Of a stretch of DNA of 28,804 nt, positions 14,621 through 23,756 are shown one piece after another. The notes below the pieces were generated by a model that saw only the letters and a list, made by a program, of their open reading frames with translations, was not told the origin of the DNA and searched no databases. A program made the translations under genes and the position numbers. Every line of letters begins with the position of its first letter. Within the stretch, counting starts at the first letter, position 1. Source of the DNA: a virus (taxonomy: Duplodnaviria > Heunggongvirae > Uroviricota > Caudoviricetes); the IMG/VR virus record IMGVR_UViG_3300049444_000130; one strand, given 5' to 3'.

Positions 14621-16207
14621 ATGACAACTACAACTAAGGAATCTCGTAGACAACTTACGACTCATTTCGCATCAACGATTCCTCCCACACGTCTCATGCT
14701 CAATAACATCGAGTATCTTGTTGCTCCGGCTGTTCTTATAGTTGAGGGTGTTCTCAACAATGCGTATGTGCCTGGCGAGGAACTCGTGGCAGAAGCGTGG
14801 AACGGCGTGCCCGTCGTCGTGCGGCACCCCCAGGATGCGACCGGCACCCCCATCAGTGCCCGCAGTCCCGAGGTCCTCGCCACGCAAGGCGTCGGCACCC
14901 TGTATCGCTGTCAGCTCAGTACGGGCCGGCGCCAGAACCAAGTGGTACAAAGTTTGCGGGCGGAAATCTGGGTGAATATCGCCCAGGCCCAGGCGTTGGG
15001 CGGGGAAGCCGTGCAAGCCCTGGAGATGATCGAAACACAGCAACGCTTGGAAGTGTCCACGGGCTTTTATAGTCAGGCCACACCCCAGGCCGGGACCGCC
15101 TACGGCACGCCCTACACCGAAATCCTGACGGCATTCCAACCGGACCATCTTGCCCTCTTGCCCAATGGCATTGGCGCGTGCTCCTGGGACATCGGCGGGT
15201 GTGGCGTCCCGCGCTTGCAACAAGCCGCCTGTGCCTGTCCGACATCGGCCTGTACCTGCAAAGCACTCATCACCGAGGAGACCGCCATGGCCCTGCCCCC
15301 TCCCACCGACACCCCGCATGGCTGGCGCGGGTTTCTGCACCTGTTTCGCTGGTTTCTGGAGCGGGAAGCGGCCCAAGACCCCGCCCCGTTGCAGGTGGAA
15401 GAGACGGATGTGGATCTGCGTGATGCCCTCTATGCAGCGCTGGCCCGCGAGAACGCCACCGACTACACACCCCTGTTTATCGATTCCCTCGACATGGTGG
15501 CGCAGACGTTTGTCTACCGGCGCGGGGAACGGCTCTTGCAACGGGCGTGGACCACGGATGACACGGGCGTGGTGCAACTGGCCGCCGAGGTTCAGGATGT
15601 ACAGCGCAGTACCACCCATCTGCCCGTGGGGGAGCCCCACCCCGTCGAGCCCCTGACCCCGACGTACATGCATGAAACCCCACACACTGAGGAGGAGGAG
15701 CCTATGCCCCCGACTGCCGTGCTGAAGCGGCGTATCGATGCGCTTATTGCCAACCAGAATACCCGGTGGACCGAACTCGACCGGGAGCGCCTGGAAGCCC
15801 TGGACGAAGCGTTTTTGATTCGCCTCGAACAACAGCCCGTGGATCAGCCCACCGACGTCACACCGCCGCAAACGGTGCAGGAAGCGATTGCCACCCTGCC
15901 GGCGCATCTGCATGAGCCCATGGCCGCGATGGCGCAGGAATACGAGGTGCGCAAACACGCAGCGCTGGCCAAGCTCATTGCCAATGCCTCGTGCCCGTTC
16001 TCCCAGGATGAACTGCAAGCTATGACGGCCCAACGGCTGGAGCAGCTCGTCGCGATGGCGACCCCCACGATGGACCCGGCCAGCTCCTATCTCGGAATGG
16101 GCTTGCCGCATCTCCGGGCGATCCCGGAAGAAGAACGGCCCCCCGAGCCGCCCAACACGTTCGCCAAGGTGGTCGAACTGCAACGGACCCGCGGGGTGTT
16201 GCATTAA
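14621..16207 (+). CDS. Prohead protease/scaffold (DUF2213-like)
   Basis: PAVLIVEGVLN, WNGVPVVVRHP, EVSTG and DHLALLPNGIGACS motifs, then a helical scaffold-like C-terminus. Confidence 0.82.
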   Translation: MTTTTKESRRQLTTHFASTIPPTRLMLNNIEYLVAPAVLIVEGVLNNAYVPGEELVAEAWNGVPVVVRHPQDATGTPISARSPEVLATQGVGTLYRCQLSTGRRQNQVVQSLRAEIWVNIAQAQALGGEAVQALEMIETQQRLEVSTGFYSQATPQAGTAYGTPYTEILTAFQPDHLALLPNGIGACSWDIGGCGVPRLQQAACACPTSACTCKALITEETAMALPPPTDTPHGWRGFLHLFRWFLEREAAQDPAPLQVEETDVDLRDALYAALARENATDYTPLFIDSLDMVAQTFVYRRGERLLQRAWTTDDTGVVQLAAEVQDVQRSTTHLPVGEPHPVEPLTPTYMHETPHTEEEEPMPPTAVLKRRIDALIANQNTRWTELDRERLEALDEAFLIRLEQQPVDQPTDVTPPQTVQEAIATLPAHLHEPMAAMAQEYEVRKHAALAKLIANASCPFSQDELQAMTAQRLEQLVAMATPTMDPASSYLGMGLPHLRAIPEEERPPEPPNTFAKVVELQRTRGVLH

Positions 16208-16899
16208 GCGGCCGGCTTTCGTGTCTTTCGTGCGGGGGCAATGGTCAGAAGGAGCGGTTGGATAGGACACAAAGGCGGACCAGTATGTTTGCGGCTATTA
16301 CACGACTTACAGGCAGGAACAATGTTGCTCATCGTATGGTTGCCACCTTGCGATACTGGGGTAATGTGGTCTTGCGTCAACTTGCCTTTGCGCCGTTTCC
16401 CACAATAGACACAGCGATGATCATAAGCGGCCTGGATTTCTACCCATTGCGCCGGCGTCAAGTCACGCACCACTGCTCCGCGTATGGTGGCTCTGCGCGT
16501 CTTGGCTTTCTCGCACATCAACTCAGGATGCGCTTTCGCATAGGCAGCGTCAGACGCCCGGGACTTTTCTGGGTGTCGCAAACGCCAGGCCAGGGAATAC
16601 TCTGCGGCTTTCTCTGGGTGCTCAGCATGCCAGCGTTGGTAATTGGCCTGATCCCGGTCGGGATTGGCTTCCACCCACGCACGTCTTTTTGCACGGACCT
16701 GCTCAGGATGCGCAGCAGCATACGCGCGGCGTCTCGCACGAGTTTCCTCGGGATGCGCGGCACGATGGAGCAACACTTGCGCGTTTTCTTCGACGCGGTG
16801 GGTTGCATAATAGGCACGACGTTGTGCGTTGCGTTTTTCACGATTCTTGGCACGGTAGGCAAGGTCGTAGAGACGTTTTTGCTCGCGGTCCCATGGCAT
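16204..16899 (-). CDS. Free-standing HNH endonuclease (HNH-2), paralogue of HNH-1
   Basis: CVYC...QDHITP...GGNHTMSNIVPACKSCNSRK; C-tail PIQPLLLTIAP matches HNH-1 PVQPLLLTLAP; AGGAGG RBS. Confidence 0.9.
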   Translation of the reverse strand: MPWDREQKRLYDLAYRAKNREKRNAQRRAYYATHRVEENAQVLLHRAAHPEETRARRRAYAAAHPEQVRAKRRAWVEANPDRDQANYQRWHAEHPEKAAEYSLAWRLRHPEKSRASDAAYAKAHPELMCEKAKTRRATIRGAVVRDLTPAQWVEIQAAYDHRCVYCGKRRKGKLTQDHITPVSQGGNHTMSNIVPACKSCNSRKHTGPPLCPIQPLLLTIAPARKTRKPAA

Positions 16900-17040
16900 A
16901 TGAGCCTCCTAGCCGAGGGAGGAAAAAGCGTCAGGCTCCATAATGGGCTAGCACTACAGACTTGCGCGCAATGCCTTGCGACCTGACGACAAGAGTATAG
17001 TATGTTCTTGTTGTTTTTGCACTAGAAAGGATGGTTCTTT

Positions 17041-17526
17041 ATGGCCCAAACAGTCATGCTCGCCGGTCAATACAACTATCCCCCAGAGAAGGTGTCCTCG
17101 GAGGCCATCACGCCTGGGCACCTCGTGGAAATTGCCTCCGGTCTCCTTCGCAAGCACGCCACTGCCGGCGGCGATGCCATGGCGATGTTCGCCGTCGAGA
17201 GCCTGATTCCCAGCCTCGCAAACTCGCAGACGCTCCCGATTGATCTGGCCTATGCCAGTGCGGATAGCGTGCGCTACGTCATTGGCGAAACGGGCACGGA
17301 GGTGTACGCCTGGGTGCCAGCCAGCGCCGCCGCGATTGTCGAGGGCGATCAACTCGTCTCGAATGGGGACGGGACGCTCAAGAAGTATACGGCCCAAGCG
17401 ACGGATCAAGCCGGCTCGGGCACCTATACCATACAAGTCGCGGGCGTGGTGGCGCGCGCGGCAGAAGCCGTGAATAATTCCGCCAATTCCGTTACCGCCG
17501 TGCGCATTCGCGTGCGGTGCGTCTAA
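17041..17526 (+). CDS. Capsid decoration/cement protein
   Basis: EAITPGHLVE and GDQLVSNGDGTLKK motifs; sits between protease and capsid; AAAGGA RBS. Confidence 0.7.
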   Translation: MAQTVMLAGQYNYPPEKVSSEAITPGHLVEIASGLLRKHATAGGDAMAMFAVESLIPSLANSQTLPIDLAYASADSVRYVIGETGTEVYAWVPASAAAIVEGDQLVSNGDGTLKKYTAQATDQAGSGTYTIQVAGVVARAAEAVNNSANSVTAVRIRVRCV

Positions 17527-17562
17527 CCGAGCGCCCTCGCGCTCTGCAGAAGGGAACTGCCC

Positions 17563-18549
17563 ATGGCACTCCAGGCGGGCCAGCTCACCGTAATGGATCT
17601 GGCCGATTTTGCGAACATGGCCCCCATGGGGCGCTTTTTCAAATCCAATTTTAATGTGAATGCCCTGCGCACCAATACGCTGCTCCTGAAAGACGACTGG
17701 ACGATGCTCGATGAGCGCATTGTAGCGGTGTCGAGCACCATCCTCAACGGGGTCGCCGACCTCGAAGCCGCCGGCCTGAGTTTTGGCAATGGCGGTCTCG
17801 GGACGATGATCTCGCAGTACCACAAGGGCAGCGCTATGCGGGCCGCCACGATTACGATGGACCCGCGCGTGGATGCCGAGCGCGACCGGCGCAACTTCCC
17901 GTTGGTGTCCGTCCCGGTACCGATTATCATGACGCCCTTCGAGCTGAACATCCGCGAAATTGCCGCCTCCCGGCAACATGGGCATCAGCTCGACGTCACC
18001 CATATTGACGATGCCACGCGGTCGGTCAGTGAAGGGATCGAGATCCTGCTCTTTCTCGGGGGCGCCCTGGTCATTCAAGGGGCCAACATTTACGGCTATA
18101 CCACCCACCCCGACCGGAACACCGGCAACGGCTCCTCGTGGGCGACGGCGACGAACATCTACCCCAACGTGCTGACCATGCTCTCCGGCCTGAAAGGGGA
18201 CGGCTATACCGGACCATACCGGCTCTATCTGCACCCGACGCAGTATCAGCAGACGCTGGCCCTGAATGCCAATACCTCGACCACGATTCTCAGTACCATC
18301 CAGTCGATTCCCGGGTTTGGGCCGGGGGCCGTGAAGGAATGCGGCACGCTCACGGCGGGGCAAGCGGTCATGGTGAACATGACGCGCAACTGTGTCGATC
18401 TCTCCGTCGGCCAGACGACAACCGTGGTGGAATGGTCCGAAAAGGGAGGGATGGCAGCAGAATATATCGTTATGGCCTGTCTTACGCCTCGGGTGAAGTC
18501 CACCGCCGATGGGAAAAGTGGTATTTTCCATATGTCTAATTTAACTTAG
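17563..18549 (+). CDS. Major capsid protein (HK97 fold, encapsulin/linocin-like subgroup)
   Basis: 328 aa; LLKDDWTMLDERIV...GVADL, VPVPII, FELNIREIAASR and GYTTHPDR; canonical position. Confidence 0.85.
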   Translation: MALQAGQLTVMDLADFANMAPMGRFFKSNFNVNALRTNTLLLKDDWTMLDERIVAVSSTILNGVADLEAAGLSFGNGGLGTMISQYHKGSAMRAATITMDPRVDAERDRRNFPLVSVPVPIIMTPFELNIREIAASRQHGHQLDVTHIDDATRSVSEGIEILLFLGGALVIQGANIYGYTTHPDRNTGNGSSWATATNIYPNVLTMLSGLKGDGYTGPYRLYLHPTQYQQTLALNANTSTTILSTIQSIPGFGPGAVKECGTLTAGQAVMVNMTRNCVDLSVGQTTTVVEWSEKGGMAAEYIVMACLTPRVKSTADGKSGIFHMSNLT

Positions 18550-18611
18550 ACTATGAGTAAGGGCTGTACTGGTTTCGGAAGTGGCCGAGATTCGTGTGCA
18601 AAGGAGTCAGC

Positions 18612-19136
18612 ATGGCAGTGTATCGGGTGATCAACAAACATCACTTTCGCGCGGCGACGCAACAAGTGTCCGCCGTCGATGTGCGGGGCAACCAATTTTT
18701 CAATATCAGCATGGCGCCGCCGGTGCGCTTCGAGGTCGGGGCGCTGATCCTCGATATCACGGCGGCAGAACTCGAAGCCTTTCCTGACCGGTTTGAACTG
18801 GTCCCGGAAGAGACCGTCGCGGTGTTACGGGCCGTCGAAGCCCGGCGCACACAGGTCGCGCAGGTCCAGGCAGAAGCCGAAACCGAAGAACAGCGCATCC
18901 TCGCGGAAGCGAATCGGGTGAAAGCCCTCCGCATGGCGCAGGCGGAAGCCGAGGCGGAAGTGGAACGCCAAGCCACGCTGACCAAGGCGGCAGTGGCCAG
19001 AGAGCAGGCCATCGAGACGGCGAGTACGGCGCCTGTGGTGCCCCCTGAGAAGCCCGAGGAGCCCGACATGAGCCCGGCGGCACTACGGCAACGAACCGCC
19101 GCGCCCCCCAGGGCGACGACACCGCCCAAGGAGTAA
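18612..19136 (+). CDS. Hypothetical post-capsid protein with coiled-coil
   Basis: AAGGAG RBS; A/E/Q-rich helical middle; Pro-rich tail. Confidence 0.65.
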   Translation: MAVYRVINKHHFRAATQQVSAVDVRGNQFFNISMAPPVRFEVGALILDITAAELEAFPDRFELVPEETVAVLRAVEARRTQVAQVQAEAETEEQRILAEANRVKALRMAQAEAEAEVERQATLTKAAVAREQAIETASTAPVVPPEKPEEPDMSPAALRQRTAAPPRATTPPKE

Positions 19137-19139
19137 CGC

Positions 19140-19493
19140 ATGGCCAATGCCGTGCTGGATAGCGACGTCAAAGCCATCCTGGACACGACGATTGACACCA
19201 ATCCGTTCATTATGGCTGCCTCGTTGCTGGTCACGCAGTATCTGGGGAGCGCGGGCTTATCAGAAAATCTGTTGTTTGAATTGACCCGCTGGCTGGCGGC
19301 CCATCTGGCGTGTATCCGAGACCCCCGTTTTCTCCAGGTCAAAACCGATACGATGGGCCTGACGTATCAGCAGGCGAAGCCCGGCACGGGGTTACACGCC
19401 ACTTCGTATGGAGCGCAATGCGCCTTGTTAGATCCTACAGGCATACTGGAAGTCGCTATGTCTACGAAGCGAGCCAGTATCCATTTCGACTAG
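19140..19493 (+). CDS. Head-tail adaptor (DUF4054-like)
   Basis: WLAAHL and GLHATSYGAQ motifs; position after capsid. Confidence 0.7.
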   Translation: MANAVLDSDVKAILDTTIDTNPFIMAASLLVTQYLGSAGLSENLLFELTRWLAAHLACIRDPRFLQVKTDTMGLTYQQAKPGTGLHATSYGAQCALLDPTGILEVAMSTKRASIHFD

Positions 19494-19502
19494 GAGCCAC
19501 GC

Positions 19503-19871
19503 ATGCCCGACATCGCCCAGCTCGACCGCGCCGCCACGGGCATTATGCGTATGTTCGGGGACACCACGGAGCTGGTCACGTATTGCGCGCGCGCCACGGT
19601 GTCCGCCACGCCCGTGGACCATGCCGCGCTTGAGGCGCACGTCGAACAGTACAGCGACCACGCCGTCGCCATGGCCGGGCTGACCGCTGATGGCCGGCCC
19701 ACGGTGCTGCGGGAGGATCGTCAGTTACGCATCCGTACTGCGCTCGTGACGTGGACCCCCACGCTCGCTGATGAGGTGGTGCGCAGCGATGGAAGTCACT
19801 GGCGGGTGATGAGTATTCGCGGTGGACCCGGGAATCCCTTTTATCTCCTCCAAGGCCGCAAGATCAGTTAG
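19503..19871 (+). CDS. Head closure / head-tail joining protein
   Basis: 122 aa; PTLADEVV..DGSHWRVMSI pattern and gene order. Confidence 0.6.
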   Translation: MPDIAQLDRAATGIMRMFGDTTELVTYCARATVSATPVDHAALEAHVEQYSDHAVAMAGLTADGRPTVLREDRQLRIRTALVTWTPTLADEVVRSDGSHWRVMSIRGGPGNPFYLLQGRKIS

Positions 19872-19884
19872 AAGGAGCACCCGT

Positions 19885-20499
19885 ATGCCCTGGGAACTCA
19901 CCACGACTGGCCTCACCGGGCTCCAGCAGCGCTATGCCCTCGCGGCCCAGACGACGGGCCAGACCATCGCCCGGGTGATGACGCGGCGCCTGGCCGAGGC
20001 GGTTACCGAGGCACGCCAAACGTACCGCAGTGTCAGTGCGACCACGTCAACCGCCACGGCGGTACGGACAGGAGCCTTGCGGGCCGCGTTGGGGCAAGAG
20101 GTACGGGTCGAGGGGAATACGGTGCGGGGACTGTTTGGGTACCTGCGGGGGAATGTGGCGACATACGCAGCGGTCCATGAACGTCTCGACGGCACCGCAG
20201 GGACCACAATCAGGCCGAAAACGGCGCAATTTCTCACGATTCCGTTGGCAGCCGCCAAAACTGCCGCAGGGGTGGCCCGTGGAACAGCCCGAGACTTTCC
20301 GAACACCTTCATTGCTCGCTCAAAAAAAGGCTCACTGCTTATTTTCCAGCGGCAGGGGAAGACAATAGTTCCTTTATTCTTGCTACTGAAAGAGGTCTAT
20401 GTCCCCGCGCGGCCCGCTTTGTTGCCTACGATGCAACGGACCATTCCGCTCATTGTCAGTGATTTGACGCAAACAGTTGGCGATGCCTTGAAAGGCTAA
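19885..20499 (+). CDS. Neck / tail-completion protein (HK97 gp10-like position)
   Basis: GAAGGAG RBS; RTGALRAAL, YAAVHE and IRPKTAQFLTIPL motifs. Confidence 0.65.
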   Translation: MPWELTTTGLTGLQQRYALAAQTTGQTIARVMTRRLAEAVTEARQTYRSVSATTSTATAVRTGALRAALGQEVRVEGNTVRGLFGYLRGNVATYAAVHERLDGTAGTTIRPKTAQFLTIPLAAAKTAAGVARGTARDFPNTFIARSKKGSLLIFQRQGKTIVPLFLLLKEVYVPARPALLPTMQRTIPLIVSDLTQTVGDALKG

Positions 20500-21224
20500 C
20501 GCAGATGTTTCCACGTTTCATAACGCCAAATACGACCTATCGTTTGCTGCGAAACGTGAAACAGTCTAGCAACTACTTGTTGGCATTCATGGTCTTTGAG
20601 TGCTCGAATAGCCAAAACTTCTGGATTTTTCAATTTTGCAACATTATGCGTTTCTCCATGAGAATGGCGTCTTTTCTTTACTGCATCAGCAACATTGTCT
20701 GGTTTGTCTCCAGAAAACAAATGCTCAGGGCGACAACATGCCCTATTGTCGCAATGGTGACATGCACAAATTCCTGGCTCCAGGGGGCCATGAAACAACT
20801 CAAAAATGAAACGATGAGTAAAGAAGTGTTTATTCTTGATAGACATCCGACCATACCCTTGTGTATGCAAATCTCCTTTCCATGGCCAGCAATGTCCAAT
20901 GCCTTTGAGGCAGCCGCAAATGTTACCAAGACAGGCGTTCTGGTCAACGTTTCTCCAGAATCTTTCTTCTGTAGTACCTCGTGCATTTTCCCGGCATTGG
21001 CGAGAGCAATAAGTTACATTGCGGTTTGCTTTGTCACTTTGGCATACATAAAACGGTTGCGTACAATACAGGCAAATCATATTCGGCAAAGGTTTTTTTG
21101 CCAGTTTTCGACACTCCAAAGAACAAAACTTTCCGCCGCCGCGTTTGACGGCGCTAGGCCAAGCAACAAAGAGTTTCCCACAGTATTGACAGGGCATATT
21201 GGGCGTAGTTGGTATGCAAGACAT
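20496..21224 (-). CDS. Free-standing HNH endonuclease (HNH-3) with N-terminal zinc-finger repeats
   Basis: CQYCGKLF...FCSLEC; CWPWKG...GYG; CHHCDNRACCRPEHLF...DN; GGAGG before ATG 21224. Confidence 0.9.
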   Translation of the reverse strand: MSCIPTTPNMPCQYCGKLFVAWPSAVKRGGGKFCSLECRKLAKKPLPNMICLYCTQPFYVCQSDKANRNVTYCSRQCRENARGTTEERFWRNVDQNACLGNICGCLKGIGHCWPWKGDLHTQGYGRMSIKNKHFFTHRFIFELFHGPLEPGICACHHCDNRACCRPEHLFSGDKPDNVADAVKKRRHSHGETHNVAKLKNPEVLAIRALKDHECQQVVARLFHVSQQTIGRIWRYETWKHLR

Positions 21225-21339
21225 CGTGACACCCTCCACAGCGGGTTACAGGACCACAGAGACAGAACCTGCGGCGCCTCGCGTCTGTGGGCGCGAGCAC
21301 TGGAACGGATCAGGCCCCAATGTGCCGCATTAGGTACTC

Positions 21340-21368
21340 ATTATATATCATTTAGCCCTTTAATGCAA
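21340..21368 (-). promoter_or_regulatory. Sigma70 promoter of HNH-3
   Basis: TTGCAT (21368-21363), 17 nt spacer, TATAAT (21345-21340). Confidence 0.75.
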
Positions 21369-21379
21369 GGCTAAGACGC

Positions 21380-21841
21380 ATGGCCGCACCGGCGTTGTCG
21401 ATCCGTGAACGCATCTTCCAGCACCTGGCCACCACCCTCGCCAGCATCACCACAGGCGCGGGCTACGCTACGACTATCGGCACCGTGGTGCGCGGGCATC
21501 TGTCGCCCCTGGAGACCTTCGGCTTGCCGAGCGCCAGCATTATCCCAGTAGATGATCCCGAGGACTGGACGCCCCAGAGTGCCCAGCACGCCTTGCACTG
21601 CATGATCCGCGCGTGGGTGGACGATACCCCGGCCCAGGCGCCCAGCACCTTAGAGGCGCTCCTGGCCGATATCGCCGTGGCGCTCCAGGTCGATACGACG
21701 CGGGGGGGCGTGGCGGAGTATACCATTGCGGAGAGCACGAGTTATATCTACGAGGTGTCCACGGAGCGCTTATGCGGCGGCGAGCTGCTCATCCGCATTG
21801 ACTTTGCGACGGCGATCAGTTCGCCTCGGGTAGGTGCGTAG
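21380..21841 (+). CDS. Tail terminator protein
   Basis: IRERIFQHLATTLASI...GY; LEALLADIAVAL..DTTRGG; position after the neck genes. Confidence 0.7.
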   Translation: MAAPALSIRERIFQHLATTLASITTGAGYATTIGTVVRGHLSPLETFGLPSASIIPVDDPEDWTPQSAQHALHCMIRAWVDDTPAQAPSTLEALLADIAVALQVDTTRGGVAEYTIAESTSYIYEVSTERLCGGELLIRIDFATAISSPRVGA

Positions 21842-21842
21842 T

Positions 21843-22364
21843 ATGACCGATGCCGCCCAACCCTTGCGTACCTACTGGCAGATGATTGCCGCGACCCGCG
21901 TCCACCTGCAACGGCGGTTACAGCGCCGCTACCCAGATGCCACCTGGGCCGATTGTGAGGATGCCGTCAGTGAGGCGAGTCTGCGGGCCGTGCCGTATGT
22001 CCCGCTCGCTGATCCAGCGACCTGGCTCTTGCTCGTCAGCGGGCGGTGCCTCAAAACCCGGTGGAAGCGCCGCCGCCGCTTGAACGATCTGGAAGCGGTC
22101 ATCCGACAGGACTGGCATGGCAGCGCACCCCACGTCGAGCGGCGCATCGAAGCCGCACACGATGGCGCGTATTACCTCTCCTGTTTGCGCGTGAAAGCGC
22201 GGACGCGGCTGCTGGACACCCTCCTCGATGCCTACGACACCGTGGCGCAGCGCCGGGGGGAAACGGTCGACGGGCTCGCAGAAAATACCCGGCGGGCGCG
22301 GGGGGTGTTGCGCCAGGTCCGCCAACAGGAGGAGGCCCGCTGGGCTTCGCGGGCGGGCGCGTGA
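21843..22364 (+). CDS. ECF sigma-factor-like protein
   Basis: Region-2-like DCEDAVSEASLRA...PATWLL; region-4-like AQRRGETVDGLAENTRRARGVLR; 173 aa. Confidence 0.6.
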   Translation: MTDAAQPLRTYWQMIAATRVHLQRRLQRRYPDATWADCEDAVSEASLRAVPYVPLADPATWLLLVSGRCLKTRWKRRRRLNDLEAVIRQDWHGSAPHVERRIEAAHDGAYYLSCLRVKARTRLLDTLLDAYDTVAQRRGETVDGLAENTRRARGVLRQVRQQEEARWASRAGA

Positions 22365-22391
22365 CGCTGGAGGCAAGGAGGGACACCACCA

Positions 22392-22706
22392 ATGGCCACC
22401 AATCTGTACCGTATTCGCACCGGCGCGACGGCGACCCCCTCGGGCCGTGAGCTGTTGGACACGATGGAAACGATAGCCGAGGCGTATGGGCGACTCATCC
22501 GCATTTTCGCGGCGATGGGTCAGCAGAAGGACGGGGCCGCGGGGAATGCCACGGATTTTGTGACACCGGCGGCGGTCTTTGGGTTTGTCGATAGTGCCGA
22601 TGTGCTGTCCAGTGCCACGGCCCTCGCGGCCTATAACGAGATCAACTCGTTTATTGGCAATGGGGGGCCGTCGCTCACCCAATGTTGTGCAAAATTGAAA
22701 CAGTGA
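22392..22706 (+). CDS. Hypothetical protein
   Basis: AAGGAGG RBS; 104 aa. Confidence 0.7.
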   Translation: MATNLYRIRTGATATPSGRELLDTMETIAEAYGRLIRIFAAMGQQKDGAAGNATDFVTPAAVFGFVDSADVLSSATALAAYNEINSFIGNGGPSLTQCCAKLKQ

Positions 22707-22716
22707 TGATAATACT

Positions 22717-23025
22717 ATGATTAAACATCCTCTACTGTCTCTCCATATACCGCTGCCCCCTGTACGCCAGACGCTGCTGGCCCTGCGCGGCGCTCCAGGC
22801 CACAGTGCGCCACGCCGGCTGCAACCGGGCGCGTACCTGGTCCGCATGCGCTATGACGGGCTCGTGACGGCCACGGTCGAACGGCAGGTACGGGGGCGGT
22901 GGACGGCAGGCGAGGCGTGTACACACACGGAATGGGCACAGACCGTGACCGTGTCGGCGCCCCAGACCGTGCGGCTGGTCGTGACAGGGACGGCCACAGG
23001 GCGGTGTGAAATAGTGCGGGGCTAG
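22717..23025 (+). CDS. Hypothetical protein
   Basis: 102 aa filling the gap between co-oriented genes. Confidence 0.5.
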   Translation: MIKHPLLSLHIPLPPVRQTLLALRGAPGHSAPRRLQPGAYLVRMRYDGLVTATVERQVRGRWTAGEACTHTEWAQTVTVSAPQTVRLVVTGTATGRCEIVRG

Positions 23026-23028
23026 CCG

Positions 23029-23745
23029 ATGGCGATTGCGGTGGATGCGTCGAGCCCGATTCGCTGGAATGGGCTGCCGGGACGGACACAGGCGATCACC
23101 TCCGCCAGCTTTACGGCCCCGGCGAATGCGTTCCTGGTGGTCTGTAGTAGCCATGATGGGGATGCCACCGCCGGCACGATAACCGTGACGGATTCCGGGG
23201 GCCTGGCCTGGACCGAGCGCGTGTCGCGGACGTGGGCCGAGACGACAGGAGGGGCGGCCAGCTTTCTCGTGACAGCCCGGACGACGAGTAGCGTGTCGCG
23301 CACCGTGACGATTACCCGGGGGAATAATGGGGAAAATACCACCCGGCGCGCCTCGGCGAAACTCTATGTGCTGACGGGGGTCGATGTCGATGGCACGCCG
23401 TTTGATACGGTGGGGGCGAATAATGAGGGCGGGAGCGCCACCAATGATCTGACGACCACGAGTCTCACCCCCGGGGCGACGGGCCTCCTCCTCTGTTGCG
23501 ATAGTGATTGGACGGCAGGCGGCGTGTTTACCTCCAGCGACCTGACCGTTGATACCGCCACGTATGCCGGGGAATGCAGCGTCTGTAGCGGGTATAAAGC
23601 GTGTACGAGTGGCGTGGGGGTCACGGGGAATCTGAATACCGGGGGGACCGCCGCCGCGCAACATAAGTGGTGTCAACTGATTGTCCGCGAAGCGGCAGGC
23701 GCCGGAGCCGCTATTCTGCCGCAGATGCTCCAACATACGGGGTAA
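23029..23745 (+). CDS. Putative virion beta-sandwich protein
   Basis: T/S/G/A-rich, beta-strand pattern (ITSASFTAPANAFLVV). Confidence 0.6.
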   Translation: MAIAVDASSPIRWNGLPGRTQAITSASFTAPANAFLVVCSSHDGDATAGTITVTDSGGLAWTERVSRTWAETTGGAASFLVTARTTSSVSRTVTITRGNNGENTTRRASAKLYVLTGVDVDGTPFDTVGANNEGGSATNDLTTTSLTPGATGLLLCCDSDWTAGGVFTSSDLTVDTATYAGECSVCSGYKACTSGVGVTGNLNTGGTAAAQHKWCQLIVREAAGAGAAILPQMLQHTG

Positions 23746-23756
23746 GGTAGGGACCG

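Noticed and set aside
13863-16899. HNH-1/HNH-2 as IscB/Cas9-like or packaging (gp74-type) nucleases
   Set aside because: No RuvC motifs; they are too long, antisense and in the wrong position for a terminase-accessory HNH.
17563-18549. Cellular encapsulin nanocompartment
   Set aside because: Surrounded by portal, protease, decoration and head-tail genes; no cargo enzyme.
12140-21313. CTGATCC shared by the portal leader and the HNH-1 and HNH-3 leaders
   Set aside because: The same 7-mer also occurs several times in coding sequence in this window, so it is not distinguishable from chance without an alignment.
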